A stretch of DNA of 64,000 nucleotides from an uncultured Hyphomicrobiales bacterium (GCA_964620125.1 CAZUGQ010000007.1:29795-93794), one strand, 5' to 3'; counted from the first letter of the stretch, positions 49,412 through 60,202 are shown. Notes: generated by a model not told the origin, from the sequence alone. Program-made: numbers and translations.

Positions 49412-50714
49412 CTACATGGCCATACGCGTCGTACGACCCATCTAGATTACCGGATTGGGCAGTTGCCAAAACCAACATGTTATAACCACTGGATATCGTT
49501 GCCTCGGCTCCCGTCATCGGTACATTCAATTGAACAAGATCCGTTCCAATGTTCACCACTGCCGGATCTTCAATGAACGAGCCGTTTACCGTGAGCGACG
49601 GAAGCGCCTCCGGCCGAGTAACGATAACAAGCGTCGGCGTCCACGGACGGGCTACAGATACATTTACAATGGCCGATCTGGTCCAACGGTTTACCGGTGG
49701 AACAAGTATCATACAGGGATCTCCAGCCAGGTTACCATCCTTTTCGGTTTCAGATTTGAAGCCCTCAGAGTACATGGCAACAAGAACTGGATTTGATGCA
49801 CGCAATCGTATTGGCACCGAGCTTGCAATTTCCTTGAACTCTCCCTGTCCAAGCACATGAACTTCGGTACTGTCGGCGTTAACAGTTACGTTCGTTTCCG
49901 GTCTTGTGCCGATGATTCGAATTCTCGTGCGAAGTCGGCCCGGGAAGGCAGGAATAACGTAGTCCGTTCCCAATCGTTCATACGGAGGTGTGTGCTCAAG
50001 CAAGTAGTTGCAGGCCTCTACCTTTTCCGGGATGTATGCACAACGATGACTTGACATGACGGAGATTTTCCTGTTCGCCAGCACATGAACACCTGTAAGG
50101 TCAAACGCGGGATCCTTAGCCGGCAGCCCTTCATTTGTATCCCGCGCAATTACCGCACACTGCCCTGCTTGCAACGCATACTCGCGAGTTTCACCGTCTC
50201 TAAACGTAACCTTGATCGAAGTGAAGTCTTCATACGCAGCAACAGTTGCTGTTGAAATGAGATCTTGTGCCATAGGAGAATAACTAGCTAGCCAGTAGTC
50301 ACGCCCGCACATTTCCGAAGGAAGCAGTGATGTCGATTCAGTGGTCTGGTACTTTGAATAGGTTATCGAAATCACAACCGGTGAGGTTGACCGAATGCGT
50401 ATCGTCTTGCTACCAATGCCAGTCCTGTTTGCAACAAGTGACTCAGGTATGTCAACATGCTGAGCTGTTCCGCGGTCAACGTGTACCGTAGTAGTCCAAC
50501 CAATTCCTTCGCTTGTTAACTCGACATCTGCGGCAGAAACAGCACTAATCGTGGCAACTAAATACTCTGGATGTTTTGAACCCCCATCCGATGTGCTGCG
50601 AAAGTTTTGAGGAATGGCAAAAAGAAAGTCCTTACCGGCAAGACCTTGGCCGGATGACAACACCGGTACCAGAAAAACACATACCACAGATATCAAACAT
50701 TTCACGGCCGACAT
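49401..50714 (-). CDS. IgGFc-binding-like N-terminal domain protein (short paralogue, no anchoring module)
   Basis: Signal peptide MSAVKCLISVVCVFLVPVLSSGQG. GKDFLFAIPQNF and CAYIPEKVEACNYLLEHTPPYERLG are paralogous to the 42974 and 26310 genes. It ends at ...GSYDAYGHVASW, where the paralogue continues. Confidence 0.55.
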   Translation of the reverse strand: MSAVKCLISVVCVFLVPVLSSGQGLAGKDFLFAIPQNFRSTSDGGSKHPEYLVATISAVSAADVELTSEGIGWTTTVHVDRGTAQHVDIPESLVANRTGIGSKTIRIRSTSPVVISITYSKYQTTESTSLLPSEMCGRDYWLASYSPMAQDLISTATVAAYEDFTSIKVTFRDGETREYALQAGQCAVIARDTNEGLPAKDPAFDLTGVHVLANRKISVMSSHRCAYIPEKVEACNYLLEHTPPYERLGTDYVIPAFPGRLRTRIRIIGTRPETNVTVNADSTEVHVLGQGEFKEIASSVPIRLRASNPVLVAMYSEGFKSETEKDGNLAGDPCMILVPPVNRWTRSAIVNVSVARPWTPTLVIVTRPEALPSLTVNGSFIEDPAVVNIGTDLVQLNVPMTGAEATISSGYNMLVLATAQSGNLDGSYDAYGHVASW

Positions 50715-50810
50715 ACTTCCTCCTACGGAGTTATACCAATGTAGACAAACCATCTCACCGTTGTTCACTATGTGTGTTGCAACACGAATATTTCCCCGTT
50801 ATCTTCGCGT

Positions 50811-51272
50811 ATGGGAGAATACCTCCGAAGCCGACTAAAACAGCAACGATTTTCCTCTGTTTACCAGGAGGCATTCCTTAGCCTGCTTGTTGCTGCCGAT
50901 GCGCTCCAACGCCGAGTTTCTGAATTATGTGAAGCACATGGAATTACACACCCACAGTACAACGTACTCAGAATTTTGCGGGGTGTGTACCCAGGCGGAC
51001 ACCCCCGGTGCGAAATCATTGACCGCATGGTACATGTAAGCCCCGACGTTACTCGTTTGATCAACCGGCTCGAAGCAAGTGGCTTGGTTGTTCGGGGTAA
51101 GTCCGACGACGACAAAAGGCTATCGCTTACATACATCACACAGAGCGGGCTGGACCTGCTAGAACGAATGCGGCCGGACGTTGAATCCATCGAGGCAGAA
51201 ATGGCTGCCAAGATTTCACAGCAGGATGCCAGCACACTTACTAACATCTGTGAGTCCATTGCGCGTGATTGA
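50811..51272 (+). CDS. MarR-family transcriptional regulator
   Basis: Winged-HTH region: QYNVLRILRG...RCEIIDRMVHVSPDVTRLINRLEASGLVVRGKSDDDKRLSLTYITQSG. Confidence 0.8.
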   Translation: MGEYLRSRLKQQRFSSVYQEAFLSLLVAADALQRRVSELCEAHGITHPQYNVLRILRGVYPGGHPRCEIIDRMVHVSPDVTRLINRLEASGLVVRGKSDDDKRLSLTYITQSGLDLLERMRPDVESIEAEMAAKISQQDASTLTNICESIARD

Positions 51273-51870
51273 TGTTAGCAGGGGGCTATGGCTTCTTGTT
51301 CTTGGTTTCGTGTTTCATGCGTATAGCATGATTGCACAGCCTACCGACTCGGCCGATGACTCACTGGCTATGGCGTTCATTCAAGAGCTCAATGACATGA
51401 GAGCCAATCCAAAATCCTACATACCTAAAATTGATGCATATCAGCAACAGGTAAGCTCCTTTACACCCGATAAAAAGGCATTACGGAAGGCGGTTAAGGA
51501 AATCAAAACTGAACTCGCGAAACTCAAGCCCCTTCCCCCGCTTGTATTTGACTCAGCACTAGCCAAGGCTGCAATGGATCATGTGGAAGACGCTGCCAGA
51601 ACAGGAATTGTAGGACATATCGGCTCAGATCGGTCAGATCCTGCGCTGCGTGTAGCCAAATACGGACGGTTTACCTCTCTGGCAGAGTCGATAACGTACG
51701 GCCACCTGAGCACAAGCCTCATGCTCGCAGCATTTCTGGTTGACGAAGGCACACCGTCGCGTGGACATAGAAAGGCAATGCTTACAAGTGATTTACTCCT
51801 CATTGGAGCCGCAACAGGTATCCATCCCAAGTACAATACTCAAATAGTGGTGGTCACAGGACGGAGATAA
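51263..51870 (+). CDS. CAP/SCP/PR1-like secreted protein
   Basis: GTG start giving a signal peptide. GHIGSDRSDP...GHRKAMLTSDLLLIGAA matches CAP domain motifs. It overlaps the marR stop. Confidence 0.6.
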
Positions 51871-51968
51871 GTACAAGCAAAACAATATGTTAGAAACTTA
51901 TACGAGATATTACGTACGCTTTTTCACGTAGCGTCGTATTTTCAGGCCCACTGATACCGGAGGGCCAA

Positions 51969-52919
51969 ATGATCAAACTCCATCGGATCCTTGCTTCAGC
52001 ATTGGCAAGTGCCGTTAGTCTTTTTGTGGTTTCCTGTTCCAACCCCGAATTGGTGGTTGATACGCCATCAGCATCGGTAAGTCGAAACACGAATTCCGAT
52101 ATCCGATTCCAACTCGTTGCAAAAGTTGGCGTCGACGAGGCAGAGAACATTCTTTCACCCAACTATATCCGCACAAAGGGTGAAAGTGTGCAAGCTACTG
52201 TTGAGTATGCAGCAGAAATCTGCAACGGAACGGTAGAAGGTACCTCGACACGAAATGCGATCAACGACCCTGCGGCATGGAGTTATTACAAGTTTTACGG
52301 CACGGCTGGTGACGTTATTACTATCACGGTAAATCGGACTGGCTGTGGAATAGATCCCGCATTTTCCTTGTTCAAGGGTGTTACCACGTCAACCGATGGT
52401 CTCTCCGTTAACTCCGGCAATTCCGATATGGAGTGGATTGCATGGCAAGACGACGACTTCACATCACTCCTGGGTTGTGGATGCCAGTTTGATCCAACGC
52501 TCGTGGATTACGAAATCGAGGAAAGTGGTTGGTACACGATAGCCGTGTATGATTTCCGCGGCTGCGGCGACGATATCACCTTCGAACTCGAAGTATCCGG
52601 ACTCACCTGTGATGAGCCAGATGGCGGTTCAACCGATACGGATGGCGATGGTGTTGCCGATGATGCAGATCCATTTCCAGACTCAGATGATCAAGCGACT
52701 ATCGTGATTGACGGACGTGACACCGATGTTGAGAACGAGTATCTGTCCGATGGTGCATACATGATGGACAAGATCCTGTACGTTCGAGACAACACGAACA
52801 AGCACGGAAAGTTTGTTGCTGGAGTAACGCTTCTTGCTTGCAAATGGAAGAAGGCAGGTCTCATTACTAACAAGGAACGTGTAAAGATCATCTGGGCAGC
52901 AGCAAAGTCTAGTTGGTAA
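51969..52919 (+). CDS. hypothetical lipoprotein with an Asp-rich thrombospondin-type-3-like segment
   Basis: Lipobox LFVVSCS. DTDGDGVADDADPFPDSDD is a calcium-binding-type repeat. Confidence 0.5.
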   Translation: MIKLHRILASALASAVSLFVVSCSNPELVVDTPSASVSRNTNSDIRFQLVAKVGVDEAENILSPNYIRTKGESVQATVEYAAEICNGTVEGTSTRNAINDPAAWSYYKFYGTAGDVITITVNRTGCGIDPAFSLFKGVTTSTDGLSVNSGNSDMEWIAWQDDDFTSLLGCGCQFDPTLVDYEIEESGWYTIAVYDFRGCGDDITFELEVSGLTCDEPDGGSTDTDGDGVADDADPFPDSDDQATIVIDGRDTDVENEYLSDGAYMMDKILYVRDNTNKHGKFVAGVTLLACKWKKAGLITNKERVKIIWAAAKSSW

Positions 52920-52953
52920 GCCAGGCGCACGGTACCTTATGATTAACAGTGAT

Positions 52954-52993
52954 CTCGGTGCATGTGATCAACTCATGCACCGAGATTTTTGTT
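52954..52993 (+). terminator. rho-independent terminator for the 51969..52919 gene
   Basis: CTCGGTGCATG-tgatcaact-CATGCACCGAG is an 11-bp stem, followed by ATTTTTGTTGTTG. Confidence 0.7.
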
Positions 52994-53083
52994 GTTGTGC
53001 AGGATTGGTGCACTACAGCACTAGGTTCTGGTTGCACAGTTGTACCCAAACTTTCACATTGTTGCCCAAGCTGTATGGCATTG

Positions 53084-54655
53084 CTACAATGGTATGTTTC
53101 CGTGCTTGCGCCATGGGTTTGCATCAACCTTTGTTTTCAGTCGGTGCAAGGCGATGATGAGTTCTCTTCGAGTATCCTGCGGCTCAATAACGTCGTCTAC
53201 ATACCCTCGCTCAGCCGCTTCGTAGGGGTTAGCAAATTGGCGGTTGTACTCATCAATCAGCTGTTGTGTGTGTTCTTCATCGGTCGCCGCGCCATTCTCG
53301 GATGACTGATTCTTGCTACCGGCTCCCTTCTTGTAGAGAATCTCAACTGCCCCTTTTGCACCCATCACGGCAATTTCTGCTGTGGGCCACGCCACGTTGT
53401 AATCTCCCCGAATATGACGGGAACTCATCACGTCGTACGCTCCGCCATAAGCCTTGCGAGTGATGACGGTAAGCTTAGGTACAGTAGCCTCGCAGTAGGC
53501 ATACAGAAGTTTGGCCCCATGGCGTATGATGCCGCGCCATTCCTGGTCGGTACCGGGAAGGAAACCTGGTACATCTTCAAATGTGATGATGGGGATGTTG
53601 AAGGCGTCGCAGAACCGCACAAATCGGCCACCCTTTATGCTGCTCATAATGTCCAACACACCGGCAAGCGAGGCAGGCTGATTTGCTACAACACCTACTG
53701 GCATGCCGTCAAGTGTGGCAAACCCAACCACAATATTCGTGGCAAAGTCTGCATGCACCTCCATGAAGTCTCCCTCATCCACCACATCCTTTATCACCTC
53801 TTTCATGTCGTACGGCTGGTTGGGGTTTGCTGGTATGATTGTTACGAGAGCAGTATTGGACCTGTCGATCTGATCGAGCGTAGGCCGCACTGGAGGTTTC
53901 TCTCGATTGTTGGAAGGCAGAAACGATACCAGCTTGCGTACTCCAAGTAGGCAGGTGATCTCATCTTCCATAGCAAAGTGGGCTACTCCACTACGCGTGG
54001 CGTGGGTTTCTGCTCCACCGAGCTCCTCGAACGTTACTTCTTCGTGTGTTACGGTTTTTACAACGTCGGGACCAGTTACGAACATGTAACTGGTTCCCTT
54101 TACCATGAAGACAAAGTCGGTGAGTGCAGGTGAGTACACCGCACCTCCCGCACATGGGCCAAGGATCACCGATATCTGCGGTACAACACCACTTGCTAGT
54201 GTGTTACGCAGAAAGATATCTGCATACCCACCAAGCGAAACCACACCCTCTTGAATACGAGCCCCGCCACTGTCGTTGAGTCCAATAATGGGTGCACCAA
54301 TCTTCATTGCATGATCCATCACCTTGCAGATCTTCTCTGCGAACACTTCACTCAGTGAGCCACCGAAGACTGTGAAATCCTGAGAGAAAACACAAACGTG
54401 CCTACCGTTGATGGTACCCACTCCGGTTACCACTCCATCGCCAAGCGGCCGATTGGCATCAAGGCCAAATCGGGAACTGCGATGTCTTGCCAGCATATCG
54501 AACTCACGGAACGATCCTTCATCCAGCAAAACTTGCAGGCGCTCACGTGCGGTAAGTTTTCCCTTCGCATGCTGTTGTGCGATGCGCTTCTCACCACCAC
54601 CAAGCAAGGCCTCGGCCTTCAGTGATCGTAGATGCTCAATTCTCTTGTCCATCAT
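53084..54655 (-). CDS. pccB: acyl-CoA carboxylase carboxyltransferase subunit (propionyl-CoA carboxylase beta / methylmalonyl-CoA decarboxylase alpha family)
   Basis: [21 protein letters not shown]...GKLTARERL...[30 protein letters not shown]...GGARIQEG. It has both carboxyltransferase N and C domains. Confidence 0.9.
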   Translation of the reverse strand: MMDKRIEHLRSLKAEALLGGGEKRIAQQHAKGKLTARERLQVLLDEGSFREFDMLARHRSSRFGLDANRPLGDGVVTGVGTINGRHVCVFSQDFTVFGGSLSEVFAEKICKVMDHAMKIGAPIIGLNDSGGARIQEGVVSLGGYADIFLRNTLASGVVPQISVILGPCAGGAVYSPALTDFVFMVKGTSYMFVTGPDVVKTVTHEEVTFEELGGAETHATRSGVAHFAMEDEITCLLGVRKLVSFLPSNNREKPPVRPTLDQIDRSNTALVTIIPANPNQPYDMKEVIKDVVDEGDFMEVHADFATNIVVGFATLDGMPVGVVANQPASLAGVLDIMSSIKGGRFVRFCDAFNIPIITFEDVPGFLPGTDQEWRGIIRHGAKLLYAYCEATVPKLTVITRKAYGGAYDVMSSRHIRGDYNVAWPTAEIAVMGAKGAVEILYKKGAGSKNQSSENGAATDEEHTQQLIDEYNRQFANPYEAAERGYVDDVIEPQDTRRELIIALHRLKTKVDANPWRKHGNIPL

Positions 54656-54753
54656 CACTCCTGTGGTGAACGCTGTAAATACTACTCCCTCTCGGAATTG
54701 CACGCAAAACATCTGCGTGCAGGCGGCCGAAGATACGAGCCGTAATTTGCGCC

Positions 54754-55131
54754 ATGACCTATCGTATTCTTCTCATCGTTAGTGGCCTTACGATGATGTT
54801 TGCCGTCTATGGCCTGGTGATGACGATCGGTGCACTCGTTGATGAAAGTGATGCATGGATCGGAAATCTTACCCTTGGCGGCACCTTCACAGTGATTTCG
54901 GCTTCCTGCGTGACCATCGGAATGATGATGCGAAAGAAAGTACAGAAACGCCTGGATCAGGAGATTGACCGCGAATTCTTGGATCTCGGATATGTAGAGG
55001 CCTCCTTGTTTGCCAAGGAGGCCGGTGTGAGTCTTGATGATGCTCGGGACCAACTCGATAGGCGTATGCGCGACCTTGGATGGAAGCGCACAGAGTTGGA
55101 AAGCTACAATGCCAGGTATTATCGCTTGTGA
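54754..55131 (+). CDS. small hypothetical membrane protein
   Basis: Two predicted TM helices, then a charged C-terminal tail. 125 aa. Confidence 0.4.
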   Translation: MTYRILLIVSGLTMMFAVYGLVMTIGALVDESDAWIGNLTLGGTFTVISASCVTIGMMMRKKVQKRLDQEIDREFLDLGYVEASLFAKEAGVSLDDARDQLDRRMRDLGWKRTELESYNARYYRL

Positions 55132-57206
55132 AGCATGATGCTTGCAGTATGGTGTTGAGTCTTGATTAACAACACATAACTGCCGGCAGCTCCTGGCACG
55201 TTCAACGCTGTTATCTCGGAGTTAACCGTTGCTGCAAGGATTTGCCTTCCAAGAAGGTCCATCACAACAACTTCCGAGCCCAGAGCCCCCTTCAACGTGA
55301 CTTGCTGATCGAATGGATTGGGGTAAACGCTTATTCCTAGATCAGACAGGTCAACAACATGGGTAGTGCCAACCAGGAAGTTATCGGACCATCGGGTGCA
55401 GCCCCTGCTGTCGGTGATGAGTACGCGATAATTACCTTCACCTTGAATCTCGATGGTTTGGCTGGTAGCTCCCGCAATTGGCCTGCCTTCGCGATACCAC
55501 TGGTACACCACATCCGGTACGGAGCAGCCAAGGAAATTTCCAACCTTACTGATCTCTGGCTCCGGTGCTCCAGGCATAACAACAATGGTAATGGTATCGC
55601 TATTACCCAAACAACCATAGTTGTCTACGATCTGAACATACACGGAATGTGTGCCTTCCTCCAGTGTATTCATATTCAGAACAGGTCGAATCGGCGTTTG
55701 GCGAGACTGGCCGTCAACAAACCAAGTGTATTCGATGTAGCCACCTGGTGCACGTACAACGGTGTCTGCACCATAACACACTTCGATGGTATCAAGCTTG
55801 GGTATCAAGGCTGTGTTTGGACCACATTCGAGTGCTGCTACAAACGCATCTGTAAATCGCTCGCCCTTAACAAGCTGATCATCGAACCATGCTTCGGTAT
55901 CGAACGTGCCACTGAAGTACGTTACGCCCGAAGCATCAACCACCACACTCCTTCCTACGTCATCGTGGATGCCCCCGGCTGATCGAGCCCACTCTACATC
56001 TCCATTCGGAAATGTGCGGATGATGAAGATATCGCTGCCACCATTGGAGTTCACAGTTGTGCCACCAAAGGTTGCGGTTGAGTCAAACGAACCAGTTATG
56101 TAAATGGCACCACGACTGTCGGAAGTCACAGCCATACCAGTCTCAGCATACCCACCACCATAATTGCGAAGAAGGTCAATGTCGCCAGACTTCGTAAACC
56201 TGCACAGGAATACGTCACTATATACCCCACCATTGGCACTGAGCGTCGTAGCATCAAACATGGTTGCGCCGTGCATTGCCCCAGTCACAAGGAGCTTTCC
56301 GGTTGCGTCGGCAAAACAGCTTATCTGATCATCCTTTTCTCCATAACCGATGCGCCTCAGCCACTCATAACCACCATTTGCGTCCAACGCCCAAACAAAC
56401 AAATCCTGCTTTCCCGAAAAGCTCTGGATTGGTTGAAGTCCGCCAAACTCTACACTGCCCGTAAACACACCAGCCACATAAACGCGGTCACCGTTTGGGC
56501 TCACAGCAACGTCACGTGCCATGTCCAAACTGGAGCTACCGGCTGACTTCACCCACACAACGTCGCCAGACGGGGAGATCTTGGCTACGTATATATCTGA
56601 CTCACCATCAGACGTAATGCTCTTCGTACCAAAGGTGGCAGTAGAGCCAAAGCCCCCTGCCAGATATACGTTGCCAACGGAGTCCACGGCCACATGTGGT
56701 GGTGACTCATCGTAATCCGTTGCTCCAAAGACTTTAACCCACTGCAGCACACCCATCTTATCGAACTTGGCAACGAAGATGTCGATGGTGAACTCTTCAA
56801 TCGTCACGATGTTCTGTCCACCAATCACTGCAACGTCGTCAAAGTTGCCTGCGATGTAATAGTTGCCTTTGTTGTCAACAGCAATGGACCGAGTTTCATC
56901 GGAGAAAAAGCCGCCATAGGCGTCCCACGCTATGGGACGTCCCGCACCGTTGAAACGAACAGAAAATCCATCATAGGAGCCTATACCTCCCAACGTGGCA
57001 CTATCTATGTGCACGGAGTCGGAGAAGATGCCCAGAACATGAATATGGCCATCCGGCCCAATTCCCATGTCGAGGCCTTCGTCGAAGCTCTTCCCAGTAA
57101 TGGTCTTGATCCACTGAAACCGAGGCTGACTCTGCATGATGCCCGAAGCACATACCATGACGAGTGCAGTTAGTACAATGGCTCTTGCGATGTTGCTATT
57201 CTTCAT
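55119..57206 (-). CDS. SBBP beta-propeller-repeat protein with a T9SS C-terminal sorting domain
   Basis: Signal peptide. Repeated motifs ...GNxYxAGxF...FVAKxxxxG...W.. (SBBP-like). The C-terminus ...VYPNPFDQQVTLKGALGSEVVVMDLLGRQI...[21 protein letters not shown] is a Por_Secre_tail. Confidence 0.7.
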   Translation of the reverse strand: MKNSNIARAIVLTALVMVCASGIMQSQPRFQWIKTITGKSFDEGLDMGIGPDGHIHVLGIFSDSVHIDSATLGGIGSYDGFSVRFNGAGRPIAWDAYGGFFSDETRSIAVDNKGNYYIAGNFDDVAVIGGQNIVTIEEFTIDIFVAKFDKMGVLQWVKVFGATDYDESPPHVAVDSVGNVYLAGGFGSTATFGTKSITSDGESDIYVAKISPSGDVVWVKSAGSSSLDMARDVAVSPNGDRVYVAGVFTGSVEFGGLQPIQSFSGKQDLFVWALDANGGYEWLRRIGYGEKDDQISCFADATGKLLVTGAMHGATMFDATTLSANGGVYSDVFLCRFTKSGDIDLLRNYGGGYAETGMAVTSDSRGAIYITGSFDSTATFGGTTVNSNGGSDIFIIRTFPNGDVEWARSAGGIHDDVGRSVVVDASGVTYFSGTFDTEAWFDDQLVKGERFTDAFVAALECGPNTALIPKLDTIEVCYGADTVVRAPGGYIEYTWFVDGQSRQTPIRPVLNMNTLEEGTHSVYVQIVDNYGCLGNSDTITIVVMPGAPEPEISKVGNFLGCSVPDVVYQWYREGRPIAGATSQTIEIQGEGNYRVLITDSRGCTRWSDNFLVGTTHVVDLSDLGISVYPNPFDQQVTLKGALGSEVVVMDLLGRQILAATVNSEITALNVPGAAGSYVLLIKTQHHTASIMLHKR

Positions 57207-57233
57207 AGTTGATAACCGGATTAGTGATCTGTT

Positions 57234-57893
57234 TCATTCGATGAGTCCGCGGCCCGATTTGCGGATCAAACCGGCCTCCTTCAGCTCGGCGGTGATGGCA
57301 TCCAAGATGCCATTGATGAACGTGCCACTCTTATCTGTGCTGTACCGCTTGGCTAGCTCGATTACTTCGTTGATCGTGACCTTCACGGGAACGTCTGGGC
57401 ACGCCGTGAGTTCGGCAATTGCAAGCTGTATAAGCACTCTATCCAACATTGCTATGCGCTCCACTTCCCAATTCTGAGCGTTCCGTTCAATGAGTTCACG
57501 CGTGCGCTCTCTATTGTCGCGCGCCGCCTCCACCACTCGAATCGCGTAGTCCATGTCTTCTTTCGACCACTCAATCGGTACGTCAGCTTCTAGCTCCAGA
57601 ACCTCGTCTGGACGTAGGATCCGTCCGGTTTCACCTTCACTTTTATCGGAGTCGAAGTTGAACTGTCGAAAGAACACATGGGGAAATACATCGTCGAGCG
57701 ATACCTGCCCATCACCCGCAGCCGACAACACTTGTAACACCTTTTCCCGCGCAAGGTGACGGGTACCCTTCACGGTGCGGGTTTGGCTTAGCGGGAAACG
57801 CCGATCGTTGGGAAGGGGGCTCACGGTTTGGTGGATGTAAGCGGAATCATGCGCCGCGAATAATGGGGGTACCAGTGTAGGTACCATGCACAT
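57234..57893 (-). CDS. nusB: transcription antitermination factor NusB (with N-terminal extension)
   Basis: The C-terminal about 140 aa (RHLAREKVLQVLSA...IAMLDRVLIQLAIAEL...INEVIELAKRYSTDKSGTFINGILD) is the NusB fold. The start is uncertain, because the ORF overlaps the 3' end of the upstream gene. Confidence 0.75.
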   Translation of the reverse strand: MCMVPTLVPPLFAAHDSAYIHQTVSPLPNDRRFPLSQTRTVKGTRHLAREKVLQVLSAAGDGQVSLDDVFPHVFFRQFNFDSDKSEGETGRILRPDEVLELEADVPIEWSKEDMDYAIRVVEAARDNRERTRELIERNAQNWEVERIAMLDRVLIQLAIAELTACPDVPVKVTINEVIELAKRYSTDKSGTFINGILDAITAELKEAGLIRKSGRGLIE

Positions 57894-58935
57894 GTCTCAC
57901 CTTGCGGATACGTTCCTCGGCAATAGCATTGCTTGCCTCGATGGTGAGAACGTTGCGGTCGCGCGCTGTTACAAGGATGTTCATGGTAATGTCGTAGATG
58001 CCTTCTGCCTGTCTGGTAACGCTAGCAGCGTCGTAACCTGTTACTTCGGAGGCAACATTCATCAGTCCGCCGCTATTCACCACATAGTCTGGTGCATAAA
58101 CGATGTTACGCTCACGCAGCATTCGCGCATGCCTGTCTTCCTGCTGCAACTGATTGTTTGCACCACCACACACGATTGCACACGTGAGTTGGGGAATGGT
58201 TTCATCATTCAGCACCGCTCCCAGAGCGTTAGGAGAGAACACATCACATTCTGTTACAAACACGTCTTCTGGTGCAATAACGGTAGCACCAGTCTCGGTA
58301 GCAACCTGTCGTGCCTTATCTGCATAGATATCCGTGATAAACACTGTGGCACCTTCTTTCACCAGATGCTGCACCAGGTGCGAAGCAACATTGCCTGCAC
58401 CCTGGACAACAATTCGTTTTCCGCTCAAACTGTCTGTGCCCCATGTATACTTGGCAGATGCTTTCATGCCAGAGTATACTCCCAAGGCTGTGATGGGTGA
58501 TGGGTCGCCGGAGCCTCCTGCTCCTCCCACACCCGTTACGAACCTGGTTTCCATGCGTATCCACTCCATATCCCGCACACTGGTGCCAACATCTTCGGCG
58601 GTGATGTAGCGTCCGCGAAGGCTATCAACTGACCGACCGTAAGCTCTGAAGAGTGCCTCACTCTTGTCTATGCGTGGGTCACCAATAATCACAGCCTTGC
58701 CACCACCAAGGTTCACACCGCTCACGGCTGCCTTGTACGTCATGCCTCGCGACAAACGGAGGGCATCAACGAGTGCCTGCTCGTCCGACTCGTACTTCCA
58801 CATGCGGGTACCTCCCAGAGCGGGGCCCAACGACGTATCGTGAATGGCTACGATGGCACGAAGGCCGGTAACAGGATCTGAGCACAGAACAACCTGTTCG
58901 TGCCCCATGGTGTGGAGTGTGTCAAAGAGCTTCAT
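57847..58935 (-). CDS. ldh: leucine (branched-chain amino acid) dehydrogenase, Glu/Leu/Phe/Val dehydrogenase family
   Basis: GGTRMW...NLGGGKAVIIGDP is the catalytic Lys motif. GAGNVASHL is the NAD-binding GxGxxG. Length 362 aa. Confidence 0.85.
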   Translation of the reverse strand: MKLFDTLHTMGHEQVVLCSDPVTGLRAIVAIHDTSLGPALGGTRMWKYESDEQALVDALRLSRGMTYKAAVSGVNLGGGKAVIIGDPRIDKSEALFRAYGRSVDSLRGRYITAEDVGTSVRDMEWIRMETRFVTGVGGAGGSGDPSPITALGVYSGMKASAKYTWGTDSLSGKRIVVQGAGNVASHLVQHLVKEGATVFITDIYADKARQVATETGATVIAPEDVFVTECDVFSPNALGAVLNDETIPQLTCAIVCGGANNQLQQEDRHARMLRERNIVYAPDYVVNSGGLMNVASEVTGYDAASVTRQAEGIYDITMNILVTARDRNVLTIEASNAIAEERIRKVRHVHGTYTGTPIIRGA

Positions 58936-58971
58936 GATCGTGCTTCAGTTCGGAGAATCGCGCAAAATAAA

Positions 58972-58996
58972 ACGGCCGTCTTATTAAGACGGCCGT
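58972..58996 (-). terminator. rho-independent terminator downstream of the RRM-protein gene
   Basis: ACGGCCGTCTTA-t-TAAGACGGCCGT (12-bp stem), followed on the minus strand by TTATTTTG. Confidence 0.7.
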
Positions 58997-59022
58997 GTGA
59001 ACTCGCGATCTGGTTTCGTAAA

Positions 59023-59304
59023 TCAGTAGCGAGGGCCGCGATCACGATCGAAACGCGGACGTTGTTCGCGTGGACGAGCCTCATTTACCACGAGGTTACG
59101 GCCACCAACGCTGCGACCATTGGTCGCATCAATCGCTGCACCGCCTTCAGAATCCGGCATCTCAACGAAGCCGAATCCACGACTGCGGCCAGTGAACTTG
59201 TCCTTGACCACAGACGCAGAGTCTACAGTACCATACTCTTCAAAAACCGAACGAAGCTCAGCATCGTCCATTGAGTACGGAAGGTTTCCAACATAGATAT
59301 TCAT
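59023..59304 (-). CDS. RRM-type RNA-binding protein
   Basis: MNIYVGNLPYSMDDAELRSVFEEYGTV...RGFGFVEM contains the RNP2 and RNP1 motifs, and an Arg/Gly/Asp-rich tail. The ORF track allows an upstream start at 59373. Confidence 0.85.
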   Translation of the reverse strand: MNIYVGNLPYSMDDAELRSVFEEYGTVDSASVVKDKFTGRSRGFGFVEMPDSEGGAAIDATNGRSVGGRNLVVNEARPREQRPRFDRDRGPRY

Positions 59305-59488
59305 ACAACAAACCCTTTGCGAACCAATCTCGACGCCGTCACCATTCACTGATTTATTTCGACGCGACGTCATCGGCTCGACGATCCGCCCACGAGCCGA
59401 TGCCGCAAGTTATGGGGGAAATGCTCACGTCAAGCGTCCGACAAAGAATTATGTTTTATTCACCAATTAGAAATCGTGCAACACCCAC

Positions 59489-60202
59489 TCACATCATCGC
59501 TGATCGAAGATTGTCTTCCACCTGCTTCCAGTTCACAACATTCCACCAATTGTTGATGTACGCCCCTCTGTCGTTCTTGTATTTGAGGTAGTAGGCATGT
59601 TCCCACACATCAATACCTAGAATGGGAACGAGCTGCCAGCTACTCAGCTTGTGCTGATTCTCAACCTGAAGTACGAGAAGTCGTTTGTCTTGTGTATGGT
59701 AGTGAAGTAGTGCCCACCCACTACCTTCAACTGCCTTTGCACTTGCGCTGAAATGTTGCTTGAATGAATCAAATGAACCGAATGATTCGGTGAGTGCATC
59801 AGCCATGAATCCAGATGGAGCAGAGCCCCCTCCCACGCTCGGAGGAGCCATCACAGTCCAGAACATCGAATGCAGAGCGTGGCCTCCACCATGAAATGCT
59901 GCTTGCCTGGACCAGTGCTGAATGAGGGAGTAATCACCACTCTCACGTGCACGAGCCATCTGGCCCTCTGCATGTGCAAGACCATCAACGTATGCTTGGT
60001 GGTGCTTGCTATGGTGCAGCTTCATCGTCTCGGCATCAATGAATGGCTCCAAGGCATCATAGGAATATGGCAATGGAGGCAATACCGGGAGTAACGTCGA
60101 AGATGCTGCATCGGGTACGGGTGTAGATCTGGCTGCATGTGCGCCCATAACTCCAGCGATTGATAAACCCGTAGCAGCTAGAAACGTCCGCCGTGTTGTC
60201 AT
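59489..60202 (-). CDS. sodA: Fe/Mn superoxide dismutase with a twin-arginine signal peptide
   Basis: MTTRRTFLAATGLSIAGVMGAHA is a Tat motif. LPPLPYSYDALEP...HHSKHHQAYV...DVWEHAYY is the Fe/Mn SOD signature. Confidence 0.9.
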   Translation of the reverse strand: MTTRRTFLAATGLSIAGVMGAHAARSTPVPDAASSTLLPVLPPLPYSYDALEPFIDAETMKLHHSKHHQAYVDGLAHAEGQMARARESGDYSLIQHWSRQAAFHGGGHALHSMFWTVMAPPSVGGGSAPSGFMADALTESFGSFDSFKQHFSASAKAVEGSGWALLHYHTQDKRLLVLQVENQHKLSSWQLVPILGIDVWEHAYYLKYKNDRGAYINNWWNVVNWKQVEDNLRSAMM

